64,000 bases of DNA. Origin: a bacterium. Lineage in GTDB: Bacteria > AUK180. The notes below the pieces were generated by a model, which was given only the letters and a program-made list of their open reading frames with translations, searched no databases and had not been told where the DNA came from. Position 1 is the first letter of the stretch. Each line of letters begins with the position of its first letter. Positions 24,691 through 33,400 of the stretch are shown piece by piece. The DNA lies in the NCBI GenBank assembly GCA_023133295.1, contig JAGLWT010000133.1:5054-69053 (forward strand), in the 5' to 3' direction. The position numbers were made by a program, and so were the translations under genes.

Positions 24691-27600
24691 AGAATTCATC
24701 GCTATCAATTATAACAGGATTCTGTGGATCGTCAAGTTGAATATTTACCAATCCCTCTATTTCCTTAACGTATTTTTTATAGTGGTGAGTATTTTCACTC
24801 TCATTGGCTCTTGCTTCAGCTTCTAAACCTTCCATATTATCGAGATAATACCTACCAAAAATATTTCGCATCTCTTTCGTAATCTCAGCTCGCTTTTCTT
24901 CATCTGACAAATCATCACGAGCCTGTATATCTTGAATTATCCTGAAAATCTGATTCTCATACTCTTCCAAATACTTAATAAACTGAATTACATGCGTTAA
25001 TTCATGTGAAGCTGTTGATTTCATTTCCTTTTGAAGAGTAAATATATAAAAGTCAAAAACGATTTCCCCTTCAGTATTAACTTGTGCTGTGAAATCAGTT
25101 TGCCCAAGCATCTTCGAATTGGAATCAAATATCTCCCCGATGGAACTTTCTCCGGTTAAAGCTAACTCAACTGTGTTATCGGAAAGATAAATATCTGCAT
25201 AATCCCTGTATAAAGAATATACTAGATATTCTCGCAATCCATCAAGATCAATGTATCTCAAAGGATTGTTCAATACATATATCCACCTGTTCAGACTCTG
25301 CGGGTTTTTCAAATTTAGGCTTGCCCTGTCCTTGCTCATCCACCTCCCGATCCTCTGGTCCAGATATCTCGCATTGGCATAATGGAGGTTAGTTTCCTCA
25401 TCATACTCATGTCCTGTGTACCCGTCCTTGTTCTTGTACTTCTCTTTCGCCTTGATGATATTCCCGAACGGGCCGTACTTATACGTATTCTCGATGCTTC
25501 CCATGGTGTCCGTTACCACTACAGGAGAACCTAAGACATCATAGTGGTAGTAGTGAGTGCCGTTTTTGTCCTTCTTCATGATCTTCTTGTTTCCAAAGTA
25601 ATAATTCACTTCACGATCTCCCGCCTCCAATTCGGCAAGAACTTTACCATTCATTCCCCGGAAATAGAAACCTTCCGTTTTTTCCCCATTGATGAGTTGC
25701 TTTAATTTATACACTCTAAGACCTCTGAAATCATATTGATAGTTTAGCTCAAGCGTTGCTGCCTTTTCAACTCCAGTCTCCTTTCTCATCGTTGCCTTCA
25801 CAATCCGGTTATCTTCATTATACACGAAATCAACGGAGTTTTGCAAGGTATCATTACCCAAAGTCTCCTTTCTTATTATGTTGCTGAAGTCATCATATGT
25901 ATAATTATGGCGCTTTTTAACATTGTCAACCCATGACAAGAGTCTGTTGGAAGTGTGTGCAATATTGTATGAATGTGTGTGAAAAGGACTCTGATACGAT
26001 AGGCGATTTCCGGTAGAATCATAGTTGTACTCCGTATTGAAAGGCGTTTTGTCATCATTGAACCAGGAATACATGGGACCGGTAACATTGTTGAGTCTCC
26101 CGAGTCGGTCGTATCCGTATTCCGTTTCGATATTATCTTCATCGATAAGTTTAATTCTGTTACCGTTTTTATCGTACTCATATGAATTTGTGTATATAAT
26201 ATTATTGTTACCTAAATTCATAATATCAATTTTTAATATTTCATTTAGTGGAGAATAGGCGTATTCTGTTGTCTCTGAAATTCCCGTAGGATACTTCGTT
26301 ACTGTACAACTTGAAAGCCTGCCGAAAGTATCGAAATGATTCTCAACACTAAAAAGCGGAATTCTAAGCCCCCCTAAAGATTCAGAGAAGCCGGATTTCA
26401 ATTTCCCTGAAAACTCTTCATAGGCGAAACCACTCTTTTGATCCAGGATGCCGTCATTTTCAAAATCGTACCAGAGATTGTTTAGCCGGTTTCGATTATT
26501 ATCATATCCATATGTGAATGACATCATATTTCCATTTAGGTCTATGGTCTTCTTGGTTATCCTGTCCAGACCGTCATATTCGTAGGTGTAAGTATTTCCG
26601 TTTAGATCATCAGTTTCCTTTAATACATTCCCCATTAAATCATAGTTTATTGTTTTTATATTTTGTGTTATTTGTGAAATGCTACTCTCGATTTTGCCCA
26701 GACGACCGAGTGTATCATAACTATAGTTTTTTGCTACCTGGGCAGAATTTTGATATCCTAATACATTGCCCGCAAGATTATTTTCATATTCTTCCCAACT
26801 CCCATCAGATTCAATTTTATTCACTAGCTGCGATAGGTAGTTATATTGAAATTGTGACTGATTACCCCGGCTATCAGTTACCAGAGTAAGGTTTCCAAGT
26901 GCATCGTAGTCATACGAAGTTTCATAAATCGCAGCATCATTGTACTCTTTGACCATAATCAGTCCATCTTCAACATCATAGAGATATTCCATATTCGGAT
27001 CTCCTGATTTATCAGCTTTGGGGCTCCAAATTTTCTCACTTCTGAAAACTCCATTTTCATTGTTAAAGTAGAGATGCTCTGATTTTGAAATCCGAATATC
27101 ACCGTCCTTTGATAATCTGGTTTCAATAACCCTGTCAATTTGATCATATTTGAATTCAGTTGAAATTCCTGAAGGCGAGATCTTGCGGATCAAATTATCA
27201 AAATCGTTGTATTCGTATCTTGTCTCAAAGAATTCCGAGGGATCTAAGGCTGTATTACCATTCTTATCGAAGAATTGCCACTCCTTCTCAATCCTAAAAA
27301 AGCTGTCAAAGTGGTATTTCGCGTTTGCCACTACTGCTCCGTCAAGGTATTCCGTGGAGGCTGTAATTGTTCTAAGTGTATCGTCATAACCATATAAGCT
27401 CTGTGGAAGATCTTGCTTGCCTACCTTGGTTAATCTTCCATAAATATCATATTCGTATGCAGTATTTCTTCCCATGGGATCAATATAGGTTTCTAAAAAC
27501 AATTCATCATTGTAATCGGCAAAAGCCATTAGAGTATAGGCGCCATCGATTTCTCCATCCACATATTTGTTCGAGTCTACTTTTACTCCGGTCAGAAGGG

Positions 27601-29821
27601 AGTTCCCGAAAGAGTATCCACTCAGAGTATCCCATGAGAAATCAACCCGCGGCCAATAGTGATAATCATATGCCGCCGAAGAATTGGCTTCTGTATAACC
27701 GTAATTAAGGAATACCCTACGCCTTTCACTCCCATTTATGTATTGATCTATCATCAAAGGTTTACCGTACCAATCCACAGCGACTACTTCTGACAGCAAT
27801 GTCCATGAGTTGTCCTCTGTATTGAATAAGTGCTCCCTTACCGGAACTCCGGATGGATCAAATTCTTTTTTAAAATGGCTGACCAGGGAAGCACTCTGGT
27901 AAAGTTTTTTCTCTGATCGTGCAATTATATTCGTAAAAAAGCTATAAGGCAGATCTTCTACAACCCTGATGTCTTGGTAGTAATTATATTCACGTATCTT
28001 CCCAAGTGGGAGATACTCTTTACTTAAGTATCCAAGAGTATTATATTCGTACGAAAATTCCACAGGAACATCATCCATAGTCTTTGTGATCTTGACGGGC
28101 CTGTAAATTTCATCTCTATTTGAATATACGCCAGATTCGTTAAGGAAAGGAGATATAATGTTAAGTTTCTCGTATTCATAGTCAGTCTTATATCCATTTG
28201 GTAGTCGATCTCGTATCTTTAATACAAGATTATTCCATTTCCAATCAGACGGGACAAGGTAAATGTATTCCCCTCCATTTTCTTGGACATCCAAGTAATT
28301 CAGATATATCCAATGATCAATATTGCTGTGTATCAAATACCGGGATTGATAAATACGCTGATCTACAATGGCTCCATCCACTATATCATTAACAATCTTC
28401 TCAACCATGTGTAATCTCCAGTCAGGTTCATTCGAATCCTGCTGTTGATATATGTATGATATGGTTGGAGGGAAATTGTCAGCTGAAACATTATTTTCAC
28501 CGATCCTTTTAATTGATTTTAGAGATCTAAACTTAAAGTCATTGACTCTCGTTATCCAACCAGAATATTGCATGGGGTTCCAGTTGGAATTATACTCTTC
28601 AAATTCAAACCGCAATTTCTCCCCACTTGTGGAGATATAGTCCCAGTCATTTGGATCTAATCTAAATCCACAAATTTGTTCACCATACTTATAAATGAAT
28701 TCGGGATTTGAAAGAAAAGATTTTGTATATGAATTTAAAATACTAAAGCTCACAGAGCCCGTATTCGCCCCGGATAAATAATTACTCTCATAGGCAGAAT
28801 AATCCATCAATGAAGATTCAAATGACTCGCCGACAAAGAATGAAATTATGTCTGCAATGGAATCATAACTGATTAATCTATATGTCTTCCCCGATACTTC
28901 AAGAGTACTGCCACTTACATTTACCGAGTATAACGGCAAATAACTATCCCCTGCACCAGCCTCCTTTGAGTATACAGTGAATGATTCATCTCCGGGTTCA
29001 TCTTCCGAATACTTCATCATCTTTCCATTCGAAAAGTAGAATTCAGGTTTTGTCTCATTATCGGGATCATGAGGAGATGATTTACTTAAGATATTGTATG
29101 GAGACTCCTGATTAGATGTAAGGCTTAGATACTTCAGATCGTTGTCTGGAGAGTCAATGGTTTGATTATAATAATCTCTTACTATTCTTTTACAAATGGC
29201 CCAACTGCCGACATCATTTACATAACCGGATACTTCGTGGATATCAACATCCTCCTTTATATACTCACACCTTCGTGTATAATATTCATGATGAGAATGA
29301 GGATTTGCGAAATTTGCTTCATATACTCCATTTTTTTCTAATTTGAAAATCTTGACGGCTACTCCATCAATACTGAGAATCCAAGCGTGTTCATATGAGC
29401 ATTGATAATCAATTGATCCACGATACGTCATCTTGGGTGGAGCCTCGAAAGAATCGCTTTCCAGCGGCCAGTTGTTATTAATATTCTTGACTAGCTTCAA
29501 TTTAACATCCGCTGTACTTCCATCCTTCAAAGGAAATGTCTTTAGGGTACGAGAAAGAATAACATTCCCTGAAAAATCATCCACAGAGCATGAAAAATCA
29601 ACGGTGCTGTAAGTGCTTTTATCAAATGATACGGTATTGAAATAAGATGCAATATCAAAGATCCCACTATCCTCTTCATCTCCGGCGGACATTGTACGCA
29701 TTATTGTATTTGAAGCTTCATCTTTATTCAGTTCAGAAGAAAGTCTAGAATTCGTTTCAGAGAATGTCCTCATCGAAAAAAGAATACATGCTATTAAAAA
29801 GAAGAATTTGACTGATTTCAT
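24671..29821 (-). CDS. RHS/YD-repeat polymorphic toxin (1716 aa) with Sec signal peptide and a C-terminal HExxH metallopeptidase-like toxin domain
   Basis: Signal peptide MKSVKFFFLIACILFSMRTFS. Many YD repeats (YEYDIYGRLTKV, YDYDALGNLTLV, YTYEYDGLDRITK, YGYDRLGRLNNV, YDVLGSPVVV). RHS core end GHEYDEETNLHYANARYLDQRIGRWMSKD ... NRWIYVLNNPLRYIDLDGL (the DPxGL-type boundary). A 187-aa tip follows, containing HELTHV. Confidence 0.85.
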   Translation of the reverse strand: MKSVKFFFLIACILFSMRTFSETNSRLSSELNKDEASNTIMRTMSAGDEEDSGIFDIASYFNTVSFDKSTYSTVDFSCSVDDFSGNVILSRTLKTFPLKDGSTADVKLKLVKNINNNWPLESDSFEAPPKMTYRGSIDYQCSYEHAWILSIDGVAVKIFKLEKNGVYEANFANPHSHHEYYTRRCEYIKEDVDIHEVSGYVNDVGSWAICKRIVRDYYNQTIDSPDNDLKYLSLTSNQESPYNILSKSSPHDPDNETKPEFYFSNGKMMKYSEDEPGDESFTVYSKEAGAGDSYLPLYSVNVSGSTLEVSGKTYRLISYDSIADIISFFVGESFESSLMDYSAYESNYLSGANTGSVSFSILNSYTKSFLSNPEFIYKYGEQICGFRLDPNDWDYISTSGEKLRFEFEEYNSNWNPMQYSGWITRVNDFKFRSLKSIKRIGENNVSADNFPPTISYIYQQQDSNEPDWRLHMVEKIVNDIVDGAIVDQRIYQSRYLIHSNIDHWIYLNYLDVQENGGEYIYLVPSDWKWNNLVLKIRDRLPNGYKTDYEYEKLNIISPFLNESGVYSNRDEIYRPVKITKTMDDVPVEFSYEYNTLGYLSKEYLPLGKIREYNYYQDIRVVEDLPYSFFTNIIARSEKKLYQSASLVSHFKKEFDPSGVPVREHLFNTEDNSWTLLSEVVAVDWYGKPLMIDQYINGSERRRVFLNYGYTEANSSAAYDYHYWPRVDFSWDTLSGYSFGNSLLTGVKVDSNKYVDGEIDGAYTLMAFADYNDELFLETYIDPMGRNTAYEYDIYGRLTKVGKQDLPQSLYGYDDTLRTITASTEYLDGAVVANAKYHFDSFFRIEKEWQFFDKNGNTALDPSEFFETRYEYNDFDNLIRKISPSGISTEFKYDQIDRVIETRLSKDGDIRISKSEHLYFNNENGVFRSEKIWSPKADKSGDPNMEYLYDVEDGLIMVKEYNDAAIYETSYDYDALGNLTLVTDSRGNQSQFQYNYLSQLVNKIESDGSWEEYENNLAGNVLGYQNSAQVAKNYSYDTLGRLGKIESSISQITQNIKTINYDLMGNVLKETDDLNGNTYTYEYDGLDRITKKTIDLNGNMMSFTYGYDNNRNRLNNLWYDFENDGILDQKSGFAYEEFSGKLKSGFSESLGGLRIPLFSVENHFDTFGRLSSCTVTKYPTGISETTEYAYSPLNEILKIDIMNLGNNNIIYTNSYEYDKNGNRIKLIDEDNIETEYGYDRLGRLNNVTGPMYSWFNDDKTPFNTEYNYDSTGNRLSYQSPFHTHSYNIAHTSNRLLSWVDNVKKRHNYTYDDFSNIIRKETLGNDTLQNSVDFVYNEDNRIVKATMRKETGVEKAATLELNYQYDFRGLRVYKLKQLINGEKTEGFYFRGMNGKVLAELEAGDREVNYYFGNKKIMKKDKNGTHYYHYDVLGSPVVVTDTMGSIENTYKYGPFGNIIKAKEKYKNKDGYTGHEYDEETNLHYANARYLDQRIGRWMSKDRASLNLKNPQSLNRWIYVLNNPLRYIDLDGLREYLVYSLYRDYADIYLSDNTVELALTGESSIGEIFDSNSKMLGQTDFTAQVNTEGEIVFDFYIFTLQKEMKSTASHELTHVIQFIKYLEEYENQIFRIIQDIQARDDLSDEEKRAEITKEMRNIFGRYYLDNMEGLEAEARANESENTHHYKKYVKEIEGLVNIQLDDPQNPVIIDSDEFYEERDE
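24674..25234 (-). other. Variable C-terminal toxin tip of the RHS protein (HExxH zinc-metallopeptidase-like), downstream of the DPxGL-type core boundary
   Basis: Residues after ...YIDLDGL: REYLVYSLYRDYADIYL ... STASHELTHVIQFIKYLEEYENQ ... The HExxH motif is followed by a Glu-rich helix. Confidence 0.55.
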
Positions 29822-30411
29822 TCTGCAACCCCTTCCAAGAGGAATTCAATCCGGTTCATGTTGAAGCTCGCTGTCCTTATAAACCGATATTCCGGATAAT
29901 TTTCCACTATCTCTTGATAGATTGCGTGCGCTGCTTTTAGATTACCGATATTTTCATAGGATTTAGCTTTATTGTGTTTGACTTCGGCAATATATTTGCT
30001 GCCGGGATATGCTGCTTCAAAGGCTTGATACTCTGAAATTGCTTCTGAATATCTAAGTGCAAAGAAGTAGCAATCGGCTACCCATTTCGCTGCTGTATCA
30101 GCGGTGGCTAAGATATTACAATTCGCCGCCTGTCTAAATGTATTAATTGCCTTCTCGATGGGATATTGCCTGAATTGTACTTTTAAGGCATTTTCCTTGT
30201 CCCAAAGATAGTAAAGGGCAATTCCTTTCTCTAGAAGAATCTCTGACATTGAATCCCCTGAAGATGAAATAAGGAGCTCGCACATGGAGACCGCCTCTTC
30301 AAATTTCCCTTTTGAGATGAGTTCTTTAACATCTGCAAGGCTCGTGTCAGCTGATACAATGCCGCAGAATAAAACAAAGATACAAATAATATATGTAAAT
30401 CGTTTTTTCAT
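29818..30411 (-). CDS. TPR-repeat exported protein/lipoprotein, translationally coupled to the RHS gene
   Basis: 197 aa. Signal peptide MKKRFTYIICIFVLFCGIVSA. TPR-like helical repeats (EAVSMCELLI, AINTFRQAANCN, AISEYQAFEAAYPGSKYIAE, AHAIYQEIVENYPEY). ATGA overlaps at both ends (30408-30411 and 29818-29821). Confidence 0.6.
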   Translation of the reverse strand: MKKRFTYIICIFVLFCGIVSADTSLADVKELISKGKFEEAVSMCELLISSSGDSMSEILLEKGIALYYLWDKENALKVQFRQYPIEKAINTFRQAANCNILATADTAAKWVADCYFFALRYSEAISEYQAFEAAYPGSKYIAEVKHNKAKSYENIGNLKAAHAIYQEIVENYPEYRFIRTASFNMNRIEFLLEGVAE

Positions 30412-33400
30412 TTTGTCACCTCCTTGTACATGGATTCATAATAAAGAAGAAGTCCATCAAGAAGCCTTCTGCTCCTATCGGTATCAATATCTTCGATTGC
30501 GACAAGGTTGTTGATGGTTTTTACAATATCCAGTATTGCCTTGTCAAGCTCTTCAATGTTCACAAAAGAGTCATCTAAGCCCTCAAATGTTTTTATTGCT
30601 TTTCTGATCCGGTTTGAATATTCAGTCTCGATTGAGATTTCGTATAATATCTCGGAAATAGCGGCTTTTATTTCTGAAATGTCCATTGCCATATAGATTG
30701 TCCTTTCAATCTCTTCCGTGTCAAACCAGATAACTGTGGCTTTGTAGGATGTTCTAGTGATAAAATTAAGCTCTCCCGAATAATCAGGCAGTCTTATTAA
30801 ATACTTCACGGTAACTTCCTTTTTTCCCTCTGGGAATTCAAAAGTGATAGAACCGTCTTCCACCACCCCTCCGTCATACACCTTAATAATTTCGACATTT
30901 TCTGGTAATATCTCAGTGATCCTAATAGGCACGGTAATATCCGCGATAACTTTGGTTTCAAGGGCGATTACCATCCCCGGAAGGTGTTCCTCTGGAATTC
31001 CGGGGGTTATCGCCCTGATATTGTCTGAAACGATCTCGGAAAGGTTGACATTTACTGCATTATACAATAGATCAAAACCATAGTATGCTGTCTTTCCCCA
31101 TCCATAGGGATTCAGTGTAATCACCGGTGAAGCAGGATTATTCGAAACAGATATAGTTCCAACAGAGACTAAATTAGAAGAAATGCCAAGCAGTTCAAGT
31201 CTTTGAACCCAACCCTCGATTGGGATGATTCCCGCGCTGCTTATACTCGTATCAGTTATGTCAATGAAATAATCATTTTCTGGATATTCCCCTATGGATT
31301 TCAAATTGAACATCCCAGGAGAACCCCCTTCAGAAATCATATGGATATATCCCGAAGATATCAGCCCAAAGCCACTGTAAACATGCTCCCGCATTTCTTC
31401 TGCGGTATGTCCGGGAAGATTATCATCTTTCTCATTGATCCAATAGACATTAAACCGGCCTGTTCTCATTTCATCAACAAAGTCGTTTATATTGTCAACT
31501 ATCGCATGGTCCGCAAGATTATTAAGCAGCATAAAATTATCAAGGTCCTGAGCCCCCTCACCATTGAGAATAAGTACCCTTTCAAAAGCAGTTCCATTAA
31601 CCGAAGTTTCAACTGCGGGGGCTAGGATTACCTCTTTGATATATACTTCGCTCTCATTGTCAACATTGTCTGTCGTCTTATACGAAATGATATACCTACC
31701 CGGTGCACTGAAAGGAAGCGTAAATGCATCTAAATAGTTCATCCAACCAGTATCATTCTGATCTGATACGCTTTCGATCCTGTATTGATAGTATTTCACT
31801 CCACTTTGACTATCGCTTCCCGAAAAAGTGAAAAAAGTTCCAAGATATACCAGAGTATTATTCTCGATTTGCCTAAAGGGAGAGTATGCCAAACTCACAT
31901 GTGGAGCTGTTTGATCTACAATGAACATTTGAGTTTCAGATATTTCCCTATTACATGCAGAATCGATACTTAAAAATGATAGAGTTATATCACTCTGGTC
32001 AAACTCTGATCCAGAAATAGCAGAAGTGTATTCGAGTGATTCAGAATTGTTAATGGAGTACTCGATTTTGTTCACACCAGATTGATAGAGGCCGCTATCG
32101 AAAGCACTTATAGAGATATTGGAATCCTCTGATATATATGTTAACCCATTATTTATATACTGGCTTCCTTCAATGTCAATATTAGAAATCGGTGCTACGG
32201 TATCGATCATAAATTGAGAATAATAGAACTCGCTTTGAAGTCCTTCTACATCAGTCCCCTGTAATTTAAATGCGTATAACCCATCGGGTAGTGTTTCGCC
32301 GATGTTTGAGCTTGCATCCCATATATGTGAAGATATGCCATCAACATTTGAATAGAATTGTGTCTTAAATACTTCTTCGCCGGAGTCACTTATCACGGCA
32401 AGGTCAATCAATGAAAATTCTGAAACGGAAAAAGTGATTTCAATAAAATCAAGGCAGTTATTGGAATCAGGACTGAGATAATAAGAACTTATACTTAAAT
32501 CAGCAATCTCGGGTTGAGTATAATCGCCAAAGTATCCTGAAAGAACATAGTATCCTTCAAGCGATTGTATTTCTACTGTTAATACATTGCTCACCGTGTC
32601 TCTATGGACCCTGGTTTCGTCCGGCTGGGCAACATGCCACATATTTGAGTCGGTATTGTATGCCCATACCTGCAGCTTACTTTCATCTAGCCCCTGAACC
32701 TTCTCATCAGAATAGGTAAAGGCAATTTCAATAAAATCGGTGAAATACTCTTGACCTGAAAGAAGTCTAATATCGTACACATTTGATAAAATCGGTTCGA
32801 TGTCATCTTGATTGGTCCCTTCTGATGGAATACTCTGCTGGGGAACAGAACTTATCATCAAAGTGTCAAATGTTGAAAGAATATCATTCTCGTTAACAGT
32901 GGCTATAACATTGCTTTCAATATTTTCGACATTACCAGGAACATTTCCTGCGATATTCTGACATTCGGAATATTCGGTTAGTGAGATTATGTTTAAATCA
33001 GCTCTGTTTTCAGAAATATATTGCGAGATGATTATTTTGTTTTCCGAATATGAATAAAATGGGAATGACGGAATGCCATTAGAGTCGGAAACTGAAAGAA
33101 TATTATTGGCGAAAAGGTCGTCCTCCCCACCCATTGAATCTACTCTCCCCAAAGAGATATTCATGTAATCGGGGGTTCCAGGTAATAATTTGGGTTGGGT
33201 ATTTCCAAAGGGATCTTCTCTCAAAGAAAATGCAAATCTACAATCAGTACCCTCAATGAAATTCCCACCGGAATAATAAATATACCTGCTATTATTATCC
33301 CAATCCATAAGCATCACAGAGTCGTAGTTGGAATTTGGGAACCTAGTTAACTCAATAGTTTGAGCATATTCCCCATAAGGGTCTAAATAAGCCACTTTTA

